A stretch of 64,000 nt of DNA from Euglena gracilis. Lineage: Eukaryota. The position numbers and the translations under genes are program-made. Every line of letters starts with the position of its first letter. The first letter of the stretch is position 1. Below are positions 24,813 through 37,712 of the stretch, in pieces. Location: the NCBI GenBank assembly GCA_039621445.1, contig CP154954.1, forward strand, positions 27,330,123-27,394,122, read 5' to 3'. The notes beneath the pieces are model-generated. The model was not told the DNA's origin. It was given only the letters and a program-made list of their open reading frames with translations, and ran no database searches.

Positions 24813-27800
24813 ATGGCCTGCCACTCCATCGAGGACGCCCTGCGCGACATCGCCGACGGCCGGACCGACCATGTCGACCTGAGCAACGCCGAGCTCTCCG
24901 ACTCCGATCTCGAGCACTTGTGCACCGCGCTGCAGGATGACGCCGAGGGCCCCGCCTCCATTCACCCTCCCCCAACTCCGTCCACTTTTTGACAGCATTG
25001 CCATGTGATCCAATATATGTGTGGACGTTTTATGTATGTAATATATTTATATGTGCAAATATATGTTTGTGCGTATGAATACGACTGGCGCTCCACAGAA
25101 TTTTTTTGAACAAAGCAAAAAAATATATATTTGGAATAAAAGCAGAACGCACACGTTGCGCAGCACTCCACTTTGCACGCCACCCCCACCTGTCGCTGCA
25201 CCGCCGCAGCCCGGGTGGGCATCCCGGCGGGGCCCTCTCCCCACCCGGGTGGCGTCGCTGGGGCTGAGCGGCAACAACATTGGCCCCGAAGGGGCAAAGC
25301 ACATTGCGGAGATGCTGAAGAGCAACCGATACCTGCAGACCCTCCCCCAGGGTTTGCCCGTCGGATTTTCAGTGCATTCAACGCCCCCCTGTCCCTGGTG
25401 TTCAATGGTCAAGCGGAAAGTGGTCCAATGCTTCGGGGTGGTCCCAGCGCTGGGGTGGTATTCCCAGCACCTATGGAATGGCTGGGCGTGCCTGGGACTG
25501 GGATTCTGGGTGACCACAGGTGCTTGGCAGTGCCTCATAGCGGTCTGTGGGTGAGTGACGTGGCTGATGGGAGTTTGTTGGGCAGTTAAGTGGACGGAGT
25601 ATGTGGGCTCAGTTGATACCCACGGAATTGATTGAGTGGCCCAAAAGAAAGCACTTTTGGGAGGGAGAACGTTCCACCCCACCCCTGAGATGGTTTGGAG
25701 TTGAGGGGTCGCTGAGCTCTTATCTCTTTAGAGTAAGAGCGAAGCTTACCACCGGGGCCGGAGCCCCCCCCGGACCCCCCCCCCCCCCCCCCCCCCCCCT
25801 CGAGTAGGCAATGGCACCCGCGGATTATCGATGTGACCTGATTTCCGGACCCGAGAAGTTAATAGCCTATAGGTTAGGAGAGGGTACCTAGTTTGTCCAG
25901 AGCCCTCACTTTGCCCCCAACTCCCCGCCAGTCCGGAGATATGGCCCGAGCAAAAAAGTTGTCTACCGTTTTTTTTCCAAAGAAATTTTGTTGGACCGGC
26001 AACAGGGGGTCATTTTTGGGGTCAAAAAATCGAAAAATTCAAAATATCTCGAAAACGCTGGGGAGTTGAGAAAAACTAAAGAGTACCTCATTCCACAACT
26101 TTGGGACGCCCTATCCACCGGTATGCGCGGTTTGGGCCAACTCCCCGCCTGGCCCGAGATATGGCCCTTTTTCGGTCCAAATGGCTGTTTTGTACACTTT
26201 TCCCACTGTCCGACTTAGCCGTTTTCGGGCCAAAAAGTCGAAAAAAATCGAAAAAAAATTTTTCGCCCAAAACCATGTTTTTTGGCCTCCCGGACCCGGA
26301 AAAAGTGTTTTTGAGCTGAAAATAAGCATTTTTCGACCCGCCAGCGCCCCGTTTTGGTTTGCCAACCCATTGACTTTGGGTCCAAACCGGGTCAAAAAAG
26401 TCGAAAAAAATCAAAAAAAATTTTTCGCTCAAAACCATGTTTTTTGGCCTACTTGACCCGGAAAATATGTTTTTGAGCTGAAAATGAGCGTTTTTTGTGG
26501 GCCAGGCCGGAGTGGTCCCCTAAAGAGCTCAGCTCTACGTCACACCCTGGTTGTGGGGGATGCTTGCTGAGAGCCTGTGCATACAGCGGTGGCCCAACGG
26601 TGGACGAGGAAGCCACAGGTGGGGTTGGGACCAGGGTTTTTTTTCAGTCGTGGACCCCGGGGGGGGGGGAGGGTGGGTGGGTCCGGCCGACCCCCCCCCC
26701 CGGGGGTCCCCCTGGAGGGGTGGGATACTTTTCGAAGGCGCCGAAAAAATTTGAAAAGGCGCTATTTTTAACACTTTTCGCGATTTTTCGACCATTTTTT
26801 TTTTGTGCGTCCCCTGGGACCCCCCAGGGGGACCCCAGGGGGTGAGTGGGTAGGGGGACCCCCTCCCCCCCCCGGTCTTAAACAAACCCCTGGTTGGGAC
26901 GGACAGGTGCTGGCAGATTGGGGTCCATTGTCGAGTCCGAATCGCCCGCGTTCATGCGGCCCTGAATTTGATTTGAACGTGAACCGCATCGCCGACGATG
27001 GGGCCTTGGCGCTGTCACATGCGGGGCATGAGACACCAACTGCCCTCACCCACTTTGTCTTCAACATTCCATTCCCGCTGCCTATCCATTTAAGTGGACG
27101 GGTGCTAGATTTTTTGGGGGGGTGAAGTTTCCAGCCCTCAGAGGCCTGGCATTACAGTTGATGCAATTCAGTTGCACTGTGCATAGGTCAGTGTGCAGTG
27201 CATTTGACACTGCACAATGATTCTACCCGCCAGGGGGTCCTATTTTGGGGGGTTGACATTTTGAGGTTTGATTCTTTTGGATTTTATTGTGTGTTTTTAT
27301 TCTGGGGGTTCCATGAAACCACACAGAACTTTGTCATTGCTCCGGCACTATGCTCTGCGGCACAACAACACCCTGGCAGAGCTTCTGCTGTATGGGAACT
27401 GCATCACCATGGTGGGTGTGGCCAATTGTGCGTTTGGTTGCAATTTGGGCACTGAACCCCATTTAACTTTCAGACCAAGTTCCAGCCAGGTGACCCGGAC
27501 CCAAATGGGGAAGTCACCCCAATATTTTCAGTCTCTGAGTTTTGCCCCCCCCCCGCTCTGTATCTGACGTAGCTCTGCTGCCACTAAACCCCCCACTTAC
27601 AAACCAAACACCTCTTGTTAACCCCCCCTTGGGCTGGGGTGGTTGGTTATTCCTCCCCCCCCCCTCACGGGGAGGGTGGGAGAAAAGTGGGGGGTTGACC
27701 CCCTTGGTGAAGGGGGGCACACCCCCACCCTATGGCATACTGCCAAAGAAACATTCCAACTGCACCAAATTCGCCAAATATTTTTTGACCCTAGGAGTCA

Positions 27801-30800
27801 TTTCCCATAATGATCTACAAAATCACAAAAACCACAAAACCAGATTTTAACCAATAATGCATTGAATCCCTCACAAAAAAAACTCCCTCTCTCGGCGGGC
27901 CAAACACCACACACAATATTTGTTGGTTGAAACACCAAACATAAATTTCCCCCATCCAACGTTCTCTGCAGATGCATTTTTCAGGGGACACAACATTTTC
28001 CAGAAATTTGAAAAAGTTGAGAAATGTTATCAAAGAAAAAAGGATTGTGAGAGCGTTTGTTAATGGGGTGAATTCTTCGATGTAAAGAATGGATTTTAAT
28101 AAATATAGACACGGCAAGTTATACACATAGAAGTTTACACATATATGTGTATGTATGTATGTATATATATATATATATATATGTATGTATTTATTCAAAT
28201 GGTATCCCCCATGTCCAACGACCCCCCGATTAATGCCACCCCCCTGGTTGGAGGCAGCGTTTTTTCATCAATGCCTGCCATGTATCACGTAAATCACGTA
28301 TGAGAATAAAAGATGACAATTTCCCCCTCTTTTTTTCCTGCCCATTTTTCAATTTCTGCTGGAATTTTTTGACTTTGAAAAATTCCTCATTTTTCCCCTG
28401 AGACCAAATTTTGTCAATTTTTTTATCAAGCCCTTCTCGCTTGTCTCATTCAGGCATCGCTGCCTTCGGCGATTCATTCTGTGTTTATTTTCTCTTCGGC
28501 AGGAGGCATGCCCCAGGTCCAGCAAAGTGTGTTTGGCTTCGCCGCCCCCACACAGATATGCATCAACTGGGGGCCGTGGACCCCCCCCACCGCCGCAGGG
28601 GACAACCATCTCCTGTACGCGCTGCAGCACAACCTCACCCTCACGTTCCTGGACCGCACCATTGCTTGTCGGCGGTCCGACCCCCCCCCCCACAGGTGAC
28701 TGGCCGTTTTCTGAAAGTGCAAAGCGGAGGTCACCCCCCCCCCTCCCCCGTGTCCCTGGGGTTCGGAAGTGCAGTGGCACGGCCCCGACCTGGAGTACGA
28801 CCCGCTGTGCAGCGACGGCGGCCTGCAGCGCGCCATCCAGGACCGCGTCCGGGAGAACGCCGCCTGCAGCCCGCCCAGCCCGACCAAGGTCGCCCTGGAC
28901 GAGGCGGACTGGCTGCTCAGCTCGCTGCGGGACGGCACGGCCGGGCTGGAGGAGGTCCGCCCCGGCCCCGGCTTTAATTTGGTGGTGGTGGTGGTGCTGA
29001 TATTTGTTTTTGGATTTTGTTGGGGGCAGAATTGTCGCATATTCCGGATGTGAAATCAGCAACACATGTGGGCTTGAACAACTTGGCCAATTTTGCCCCG
29101 GCAGCTCAGTTTGAGCAACCCCTAGGTTGATGTGTCAATGTGTTGAGCCACTGATTGGGAGGTGGTGCATATAAAATGTGTGGAGTGACCAGAAATGAAG
29201 CACAGGTCTGCCTGTGTGTGTGGGTGTCCTTTTGACTGCCTTGTTGGCTGTGCAGATTTTTTTGGACAAATGCAGCAGTTCCGCACTTGCCCAGGTTTTG
29301 GGGGAAGTATTGTCAAAAATGCTGCCCAAATCCAGCCAAAATAAAGTTCAAATACAAATACAACTTCCATTTCTAACCCTGTTCCTCTTGTTTACACGAC
29401 TTTTAACCGAAAGTGTGACAAAAACAAAGATGGATGCACTTGAACCGACACAACCCATTCAAGATTGCTCCCTCTCCAGGCCACGCCCCCCAGACCACAC
29501 CAGCAGGATTTTCCCAAGGCGTAATTTACTTCCAAAAGCGCCAAACCCTACCCTGTTCCTAAATTTCCCAATATCCCAACCCGATCTCCTACTTAACCAT
29601 TCCAACCTCAATAGAACTGTCAAACAGTCTGGCACATCATTGACACCAGAACAATCTTGCGATGGATTTTGGACTTGGGTGATTGGTCCCATTTGTGCAG
29701 ATGGCCTTGCTATCCCCCTGGGTGTCCAAGAGCTCGCCAGAATGGAGATTTCCAGGATGCTTCCACAAAAATCAGACAAATCTTTTTTAAAAAGGGGGGG
29801 AAACGCTTGATGAGTTTTCAATTTGGGGGTCCAGGCCTTGCGGGATTGGTGCCCAAACACCAAATCCAGCTCGGGCCCGTTTCGAGCCAGGGGACCTTGG
29901 GGGGGGTCCAGTCAGCCACCAGCCTTTCCAGCCAGCCCAAATTTTCCAGTCTCTGAGCTGGACCCTCGGGCGGGGGGCTCACCAAGCGATGTCCTAGCCT
30001 TTCCACCCCAAACTCTTTCACAGTCCCCGGTGCAGTCCCCGCTGCAGCCCCCAACCCAGCTGGAGGACAACCCGAGCTTCGCCGCGGCGCCCGCCACCGC
30101 CGGCCCCGCCCTCGCCCCTCCCCCGGCCCCGGCCCCAGCCGCCGCGGAACCCCCGGCCGGGTCGGACCCCCCGGCCAGGGTGGACCCCCCGGCCGCGGTG
30201 GACCCCCCAGCGGTGGACCCCCCGGCTGTGGACACCCCAGCGGTGGACCCCCCGGTGGTGGATCCCCCGGCCGTGTCGGATGCCCCGGCCCCCCAGGCCA
30301 CGGGCACCCCCGGCAGGGTGGAGCCCCCAGCCCCGGACGTTGTGGAAGCAGCTGCCGGGTCAGATGCAGCAGAAACCAACCCAGCCGTCTCTATCCAGGA
30401 CACGCACCGGCTGACATTCTGTTTGGGGCGTGTATTGGAAGACCAGAGGTGTACCCTACGCTGCATGGAAGCCCTCCGGGGGAGCACATTTTTGGCAGTT
30501 GGTGTGGTGCCAAACAGTTTTGAAAATGCTTGAATTATTAAACCTGTGGCTGCATTTCTCATGCAAGGTTCTTTTTCCCCTCATCTTTCGGGTTTATGGA
30601 TTGATTTGTTTTTTTGCATCGTTTATTTTTTTTCGGGGGGTTTGCATTGTTTAATGCAATATGCGACGTTTCTCTCTTTGAGGGTGATCTTCTCGTCTTG
30701 GCTGTCTCCCAATGTGCCCTGGCAAATTTGGTTACCTGAGCCCCGCAGAAGCTGGTTACCTGAAGCTTCCGCGGAGCATCCATGGAGGCTTTTCCAAGTA

Positions 30801-31708
30801 ACCAAAATGGCAGGTAATCGGTTTTGTTGCAGTACCTTTTGATTGGGGAAAAAGCCCCTACCCCCCCCCCCTATGTCCAACGACCCCCCTATGTCCAATG
30901 ACCACCCCCCCGGTCAGAGGACACCTTTTCGGAGGTTTGACCAAATTTTTGGTCCCGGCGCAAAGCGCCGGGACGAAAAATTTTGCCCAAAAATTGGCCA
31001 AAAAGTTGGCCAAAATGCCATTTTTGACACTTTTTGGACAAAAATTTGTCAAAACTGCCCAAAATTTTTGGCGCGAAGCGCCGGAAGGGAAAATTTGGGC
31101 ATTTTGGGGTGGGTAGGGACCCGGGTACCCACCAACTTTTTTTGACCCCATGTCCAACGACCAGCCCCCCGGTCAGAGGACACCTTTTTGGTCACTACCC
31201 TATGTCCAACGTCCAACGACCACCCCCCCCGGTCAGAGGACAGAGGTTACCGGTCATTGGACATAGGGGGGGGTAAGTGCCAACCGCTGTTTTTTAAGGT
31301 GGTGCCGACTCCACCCCGTGGGGGGGGGGGCTGCCTGGGCAGGCACTCCAAGGCAGTCCCAATCCAACCCCCCTGGGGGGGCACACAGCCAAAAGTGCCG
31401 AAGGCGCCGGGAAGCCAAAAATGGCCTGTTTTCAAAGGACATCTGACCCTCCCGGGGGGGGGGTGCCTGCCTGTGCGGGGGGGGGGGGGTGCCTGCCTGG
31501 GCAGGCACCCCAAGGCACTCCGGACCCCCCGGGGGTTTGTAAAAACAGCCTGGTGCCAGAAACTGAAAACTCTTTTTGTTGGCGTTTTCGCCTTCTCACA
31601 TCTTTAACCCCAGGAATCAAAATTTTCGTGTTCCTTATTTATTTGGCAGGAACTTTCTTGTCTTTGTTTCTCTATTTTGTCCTGGAGTGTGAAGCTATTT
31701 CCATCTGA
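24813..31708 (+). CDS. Spliced gene for a ribonuclease-inhibitor-type (NLRC3-like) leucine-rich repeat protein with a Pro/Ala-rich tail
   Basis: Exons 24813-24941, 25243-25344, 26970-27018, 27350-27415, 28599-28651, 28787-28954, 30024-30392 and a tentative 31691-31708. They give ~28-aa LRR units: VDLSNAELSDSDLEHLCTALQDDTRVASLGLSGNNIGPEGAKHIAEMLKSNRYLQTLDLNVNRIADDGALALSHALRHNNTLAELLLYGNCITMVGDNHLLYALQHNLTLTFLDL, followed by AVDPP repeats. The last exon is uncertain. Confidence 0.8.
24942..25242 (+). other. Nonconventional intron with a GAG/CTC-closed stem
   Basis: gcc-GAGGGCCCCGCC ... GGCGGGGCCCTC-tcccc|A is a perfect 12-bp stem. Removal restores the LRR register. Confidence 0.85.
25703..26560 (+). 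mobile_element. Dispersed repeat with subterminal inverted repeats (Helentron/HINE-like layout), copy 1
   Basis: GGGGTCGCTGAGCTCTTA at the 5' end and AAGAGCTCAGC near 26523-26533. Homologous to 55925-57526. The exact ends are approximate. Confidence 0.55.
26632..26892. mobile_element. hAT-like MITE nested in a nonconventional intron
   Basis: CAGGGTTTT ... AAACCCCTG with perfect TSD GTTGGGAC. Confidence 0.88.
27019..27349 (+). other. Nonconventional intron
   Basis: atg-CGGGGCA ... TGCTCCG-gcact|A. Removal restores LSHALRHN. Confidence 0.75.
28652..28786 (+). other. Nonconventional intron
   Basis: gac-CGcaCCATTGC ... GCAGTGGcaCG-gcccc|G. Removal restores TFL|DLEY. Confidence 0.7.
30861..31273. 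mobile_element. MITE with a probable TA target duplication
   Basis: TA|CCCCCCCCCCCCTATGTCCAA ... TTGGACATAGGGGGGGG|TA, with internal GGTCAGAGGACA repeats. Confidence 0.8.
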
Positions 31709-32076
31709 TTGAAGCCCTGATGCTGACCCCCCCGTGCCTGTGACCAGGCTCGCCCTTCCCCTTCCATTACACCGGCTGCGGGACAAGGTGTGATCGCGAG
31801 GGATGCCATTTTTTGTGGGTTTTCCATGTTGTTGTTGGCATTCGGCAAGTGAGTGCAATCTGCATGTTTGATATGCACCACAAAAGCACGCCAAGTATGT
31901 CGAGTGGTGTGGTTATTTATGCCTGTTTCGAACCAAACCACCCTCCATGGACTCAGGCATAGTCTCCGAATGGTCCCCCGGCGTCCCCAGCGTCCCCTCT
32001 GCTGTATTCTGCCACTCCTCTGCAGGCCGGGGTGACGCCACCCCCGTTCACTGCGGTGCCCCCCAGTCCCGGGCGT

Positions 32077-35000
32077 ATGCGCCTGGTTGGCACCGACGGC
32101 CGACCGTACAAAGTGGTTGAAATCAAGAAGACCGTGTCCCAGGTGCCCCCTTTTCCAATGTCAATTGTTATGTGCGGCTCCCCCACCTCGTGTGATGTGT
32201 GTGCCGGATAATCGTTGCATCTTCGTTTCCCCCCATTTCCCTAGCCCTGGGGGTATGTGATATTAATGTTGGCACGTCTATATCTCTTTCCATGTCTTTT
32301 TCGTTTTTCATATCCATATTCGCCCATCCATTGTGCAGAACTTGAGGCCCTCCCCCTTCCCACCCCCCGTGCCCCCCTCCCCCGAACCCTCCCCCATCCC
32401 CCAATGTCTCGGCCGCGCGCAACGCTATGCGTGTCCCGTGCCTGTGGGCCTGTGGGCTGTGTATACCAACCGCTGGGGACTGACTGCCGGGCGGGAATCC
32501 CAACAACACCTGCCCTTTTGGGGGTCACCCCCCCCAAAGGCCGGGAGGGCCAAATCCCTTGTGGGGACCGACCGTTTGGCAGCCTTTATCTTTCTTTCTC
32601 CCTGCCTTTCTGCCGCCTTTGGGAATCGCACAGCAGCCTGGGTTAGGCAGGGGTCATGCGCGTTGCATGCCACCCCTGCCCCCCCCCCCCCATTTGGGAG
32701 GAGGGCCTAGGGGTGGGGGGGGAGGGGGGGGTTGGGGGGACACAAGTTCTGCCGCCCATATTGGTCTCAACCCAAACCGTAGATAGTGCTAAGATCATGT
32801 CAGATAGTGCTGATATAATGTAAGGTGGTGTTAAGATAATGTATGAAAGTGCAAGATAATGTAAGATACTGCTAAGGTAACGGAAGATAGTGCTATGATA
32901 ATGGAAGATAGTACTAAGATACTGGAATATAGATAATGTCAGATAGTGCTAAGATAATGTAACATTGTGCTAAGATATTGTAAGATGGTGCCAAGAAAAT
33001 GTAAGACAGTGCTAAGATAATGTAAGATAGTGCAAAGATAATGGAGTCAGTATTAAAGTAATCCAAGATAGTGCTAAGATAATGCAAGATAGTGCTAAGA
33101 TAATGTAAGATAGTGCTAAGATGATGTATTATAGTGTGAAGATAATGTAATCAGTGGTATAATAATGTAAGACAGTGCTGAGATAATGTAAGACAGTGTT
33201 AAGACAATGTAAGATAAGATAATGTAAGATAGTGCTAAGACAATGGAAGATAGTGCTAAGATAATATAAGATAGTGCTAAGATAGTGTTATCAGGGTTTC
33301 CCACAAATTCGTGCCACGAATAATCACGAATAATCACGAACCAGCACGAATTTGGGGATTTTCCAAAATCACGAATAATCACGAATAATCACGAATAATC
33401 ATGAATGATCACGAACCAGCACGAATTTTGGGATTTTCCAAAATCACGAATAATCATGAATAATCACGAATAATCACGAATTTTCACGAACGATCTGGAA
33501 TTGTTTTTCACTGCAGAATGTCTTCATCTAAGAATGACACCTCAATCAAGGAGCAATCCTCCTCAAAAAGGGAAACACGTGTGGAAACAGGGTGGAAATA
33601 TGGCGGCCCAGAAGCGTGCAAGAGTGCACCAACGTCGTTCGTTGGCGTCACTTTTTGTCTGCAGCTTTGCTTCATGTTCAATATTATTGCCCAATCTTGG
33701 TGACCAAAGAGCTTCGTTTATGATATTTCTGCCATTGGAGGTGATACGTAAGTCAGACGAGGAGTGTGCATTGGTTTCTGGGCAGGTTTAGTAAAAAACT
33801 GGGCGATTTTTGGGTAGCACGAATAATCACGAATAATCACGAACAATCACAAATCAGAATTGAGGTCCCCAGCACGAATTTGTGGGAAACCCTGGTGTTA
33901 TGATGGTGCTAAGATAATGTAAGATAGTGCTAAGATAATGTAAGATAGTGTTATGATAATGTAAGATAGTGCTAAGATGATGAATAAAATGCAGATAGTG
34001 CTAAGATGATGTAAGATGGTGTCAAGGTAATGCAAGATAGTGGTAAGGTAGTGCTAAGATAATGTTTTGTAGTGTAAAGATAATGTAAAATTGTGCTACG
34101 ATAATGTAAGATAGTGGTTAGATAATGTATTATATTGCTAAAGATGTTGTAATATAGTGCTATGATAAGGCAAGATTCTGCTAAGATAATGTAAGATACT
34201 GCTAAGGTATATAAGATAGTGTTAAATATAATGTAAGATAGTGCTAAGATGATGTAAGATGTTGCTAAGATAATGTAAGACAGTGCTAAGATAATGTAAG
34301 ATAGTGCTAAGATAATGTAAGATGGTGCTAAAGTAATATAACATACTGAGAAGATAGTGTCAGATGGTGCTAAGATAATGTAAGATAGTTCTAAAATAAT
34401 GTAGGATAGTGCCACGGCAATGTAAGATAGTGTTAAGGAAATGTAAGATAGTGCTATGATTATGTTAGATAGTGCTAACATATTGTATGATTGTGCTCAG
34501 ATAATGTAAGATAGTGCTAAGATACTGTATGATTGTGCTAAGATACCATAAAAGAGTGCTAGGGCAATGTAAGATAATGCTGAAATAATGTATTGGATGA
34601 TATTGAAACGATATTGTAAGATAGTACTAAGCTACTGCAAGGTAGCGCTAAGATAAAGTAAGGTAGTGCAAAGATGATGTACGATTGCGTTATGATAAGG
34701 TAAGACAGTGCTAAGGTTATGCAAGATAGTACTAAGATAAAGTAAGGTAGTGCTTAGATAATGTAAGATGGTGCTAAAGTAATGGAAAGTAGTGCCAAGG
34801 TAATGTAATATAGTGCTAAGATAATGTTTTGTAGTGCGAAGATAATGTAATCAGGGGTTTTTTTAGTCGTGGACCCCCGGGGGGAGGGGGGGGGTCCACA
34901 CAATGTAAGATAGTGGTAAAACAATGTAAGATGGTGCTAAGAAAATGTAAGATACTTCTAAGACGATGTAAGATAGTGATAAAATAATGTCAGATAGTGC

Positions 35001-36537
35001 TAAGATAATGCAAGATAGTGTTATGAAAATGTCAGATAGTGCTAAGATACTGTATGACAGTTCCAAAATGATGTAAGAAGATGCCAAGGTAATGTAAGAT
35101 AGTGCTATGATAGTATGTTGTAATTTGCTAAGATAATGTAAAAACAGTGTTAAGATAATGTAAGATAGTGCCAAGCTAATGTAAGATAGTGCTAAGAAAA
35201 TGTAAGATACTGTCTTAAATAATGTAAGATAGCGTTAGGGTAATGTAACGTAGTGCTAAGATGATGCAAGATAGTGCCAAGATAATGTAAGATAGTGCCA
35301 AGACAATGTAAGATAGTGCTAAGATAATGTAAGATGTTAAGATGATGCAAGACAGTGCTAAAATAATGTAGGATAATTCTAAGATAATGTAAGATAGTGC
35401 TATGATAATGTAATGTATTGTGCTAAGATAATGTAAAACAGTGTTAAGATAATGTAAGATAGCGATAAGATAATGTGAGATAGTGCTAAGATAATGCAAG
35501 ATAGTTCTAAGATAATGTAAGATAGTGCTAAGATAATGTATGGCAGTGTTAAGATAATTTAGGATAGTTCTAAGATAATGTTTGATAGTGCTAAGATAAT
35601 GTAAGATACTGCTAAGATAATGTATGGTAGTGTTAAGATAATGTAGGATGGTTCTAAGGTAATGTAAGATAGTGCTAAGATAATGTAAGATAGTGCTAAG
35701 ATAGTGTAAGATAGTGCTCAGTTAATGTAATGTAGTGCTAAGGTAATGTAAGGTGTTGTTAAGATAATGTATGATAGTGCTAAGGTAATGTAAGATAGTG
35801 TAAGGTAATGTAAGACAGCGCTAACAGGGGGGGGGAAATGCAACTTGCATAATTTGCATTTTTTTGCATAATCAGGTTTTCCCGAAATTTGCATTTTTTT
35901 GCATTTTTTTGCATTTTTTTGCATAAAATATTTTGCCCTGGAAAATTTTTTTGTAGTTGGTTGCCGTATGTTTGGATTTTTTTGCATTTTTTTGCATTTT
36001 TTACATAAAATATTTTGCCCTTGAAAAAAATTTTGTAGTTGGTTGGCATATGTTTGGATTTTTTTTTGCATTTTTTGCATAAAATATTTTGCCCTGGAAA
36101 TTTTTTTTGATTTTAGGCAGCAAAGCTCTGTCATATTCCAGCTTTTTCTTAAGGTTTTCATGCAAGTTGCATTTTTTTGCATTTTTTTGCATTTTTTTGC
36201 ATTTTTTTGCATTTTTTTTGACTTGCATAATTTGAAGGGCCAAATTGCATTTCCCCCCCCCCCGGTGCTAAGATAATGTAAGATAATGCTAAGATAATGG
36301 ATCATGGTGTTGAGCTAATGTAAGGTAGTGCCCAGGTAATGAATTATTTATGGTAAGATAATGTAAATAGCTTGATGCATATGTATGTATACATACATAC
36401 ATACATACATACATACATACATACATACATACATACATACATACATACATACGTACGTACATACATACATACATACATACATACATACATACATACATAC
36501 ATACATACATACATACATACATACATACATACATACA

Positions 36538-36573
<36 letters not shown>

Positions 36574-37632
36574 TCTGTGTATATGTACACACATATGTAT
36601 ATATACACATCTTTTTATATGTATACAGTATGCCAAGTAAGTTTTCAGACCCTGAAAAAAATCGAAAAAATGATGGCACCCCACAGTCCACAGTACCATC
36701 CGGAATCGCCTCCCAGATTTGAGAGCACTGGTGGAGGAGTGCTTTGACAGGCGATGCATACACAGATGGACGCATATAGACGCATGTATATACATACATA
36801 TACACACATATATATGCATATGTATAGTTGTTGTTGTGAACCTCAAAACTCCATGTAGCGTTTGGTGCTTTTTTGTGCAACACCCATCCTTTTTGCCACG
36901 TCTGCCAGACCCGCGGAGAGATGAGGAAGACCTCGTCAGTATCCGTGGCAGGCAGCACACAAAGTGTGTTACTGCGTCGCCAAATTGAGACCATTGACAA
37001 AAAAATCTGCATCCCGGATGTAAAGTGAAGGGAGAAGGTGGCATTCGACCCCAATGCCCTCGAAAATGTGTTTTTTTTGGTGTTTTTGGGATACCGGGGG
37101 AAATATGTGAAAAACAGCATAATTTGGTGTGTATTTTGTACCAGGGGTTGAGAAGTTACCTGGGAATTTGAACCTGGGGAATTGGACCTGCTTTTGTACA
37201 AACGTCCACCCAGAACATCATTTGTCTTCAAGTTTCCGGAGCTAAGCATAAGGTCAAGCTGGAAACAGAAGCACTTCAGAGCAGTGAAGATAAATGTTTC
37301 CAATTTCGAATTGTCCATCTTCCTGCCAAAAGCTTCCCTTAGGACCCGTTCCACTCCTGCCTCAATGTCCCCCCCCTAACAACAACAACAAGCCATGACT
37401 TGCCATCAGGGATTTTGGGACAGGTTGGGGTTGGGCACCAAACGTATGAAGCACAGGGAAACCACTGCAGGGCAATAACCGTCCCCAGCGGTCGGGGTGC
37501 TGTTGCCCACCGCCTCCCTCCGGGCCCACAGGGCCGGGGGCCAGCGTGCCGCCGCTGCACACCACGACAGTGCGGTACGTGTCCCACAGCTCCCCGCCGC
37601 CCTCCTCCCCACTGCTCGGCCGCCCAGCCACT

Positions 37633-37712
<80 letters not shown>

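Larger units (their letters stand above)
25345..26969 (+). other. Nonconventional intron containing nested mobile elements
   Basis: ccc-CAGGG ... CCCTG-aattt|G. Removal restores LQTL|DLNVNRI. Confidence 0.8.
32779..36368. repeat. Degenerate 21-bp tandem satellite (AAGATAGTGCTAAGATAATGT)n
   Basis: About 3.6 kb including three insertions. The unit consists of two related AAGATA-starting halves (11 + 10 bp). Confidence 0.95.

Noticed and set aside
32779-36368. Hydrophobic ORFs with ALSYIIL repeats, or a possible CRISPR array
   Set aside because: These are translations of the 21-bp satellite. There are no spacers and stops are frequent.
36289-37354. Long ORFs with CMYV/HTYI repeats (also 58118-59215, 1971-2672, 37339-38314, 62961-63998)
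   Set aside because: Stop-free microsatellite translations.
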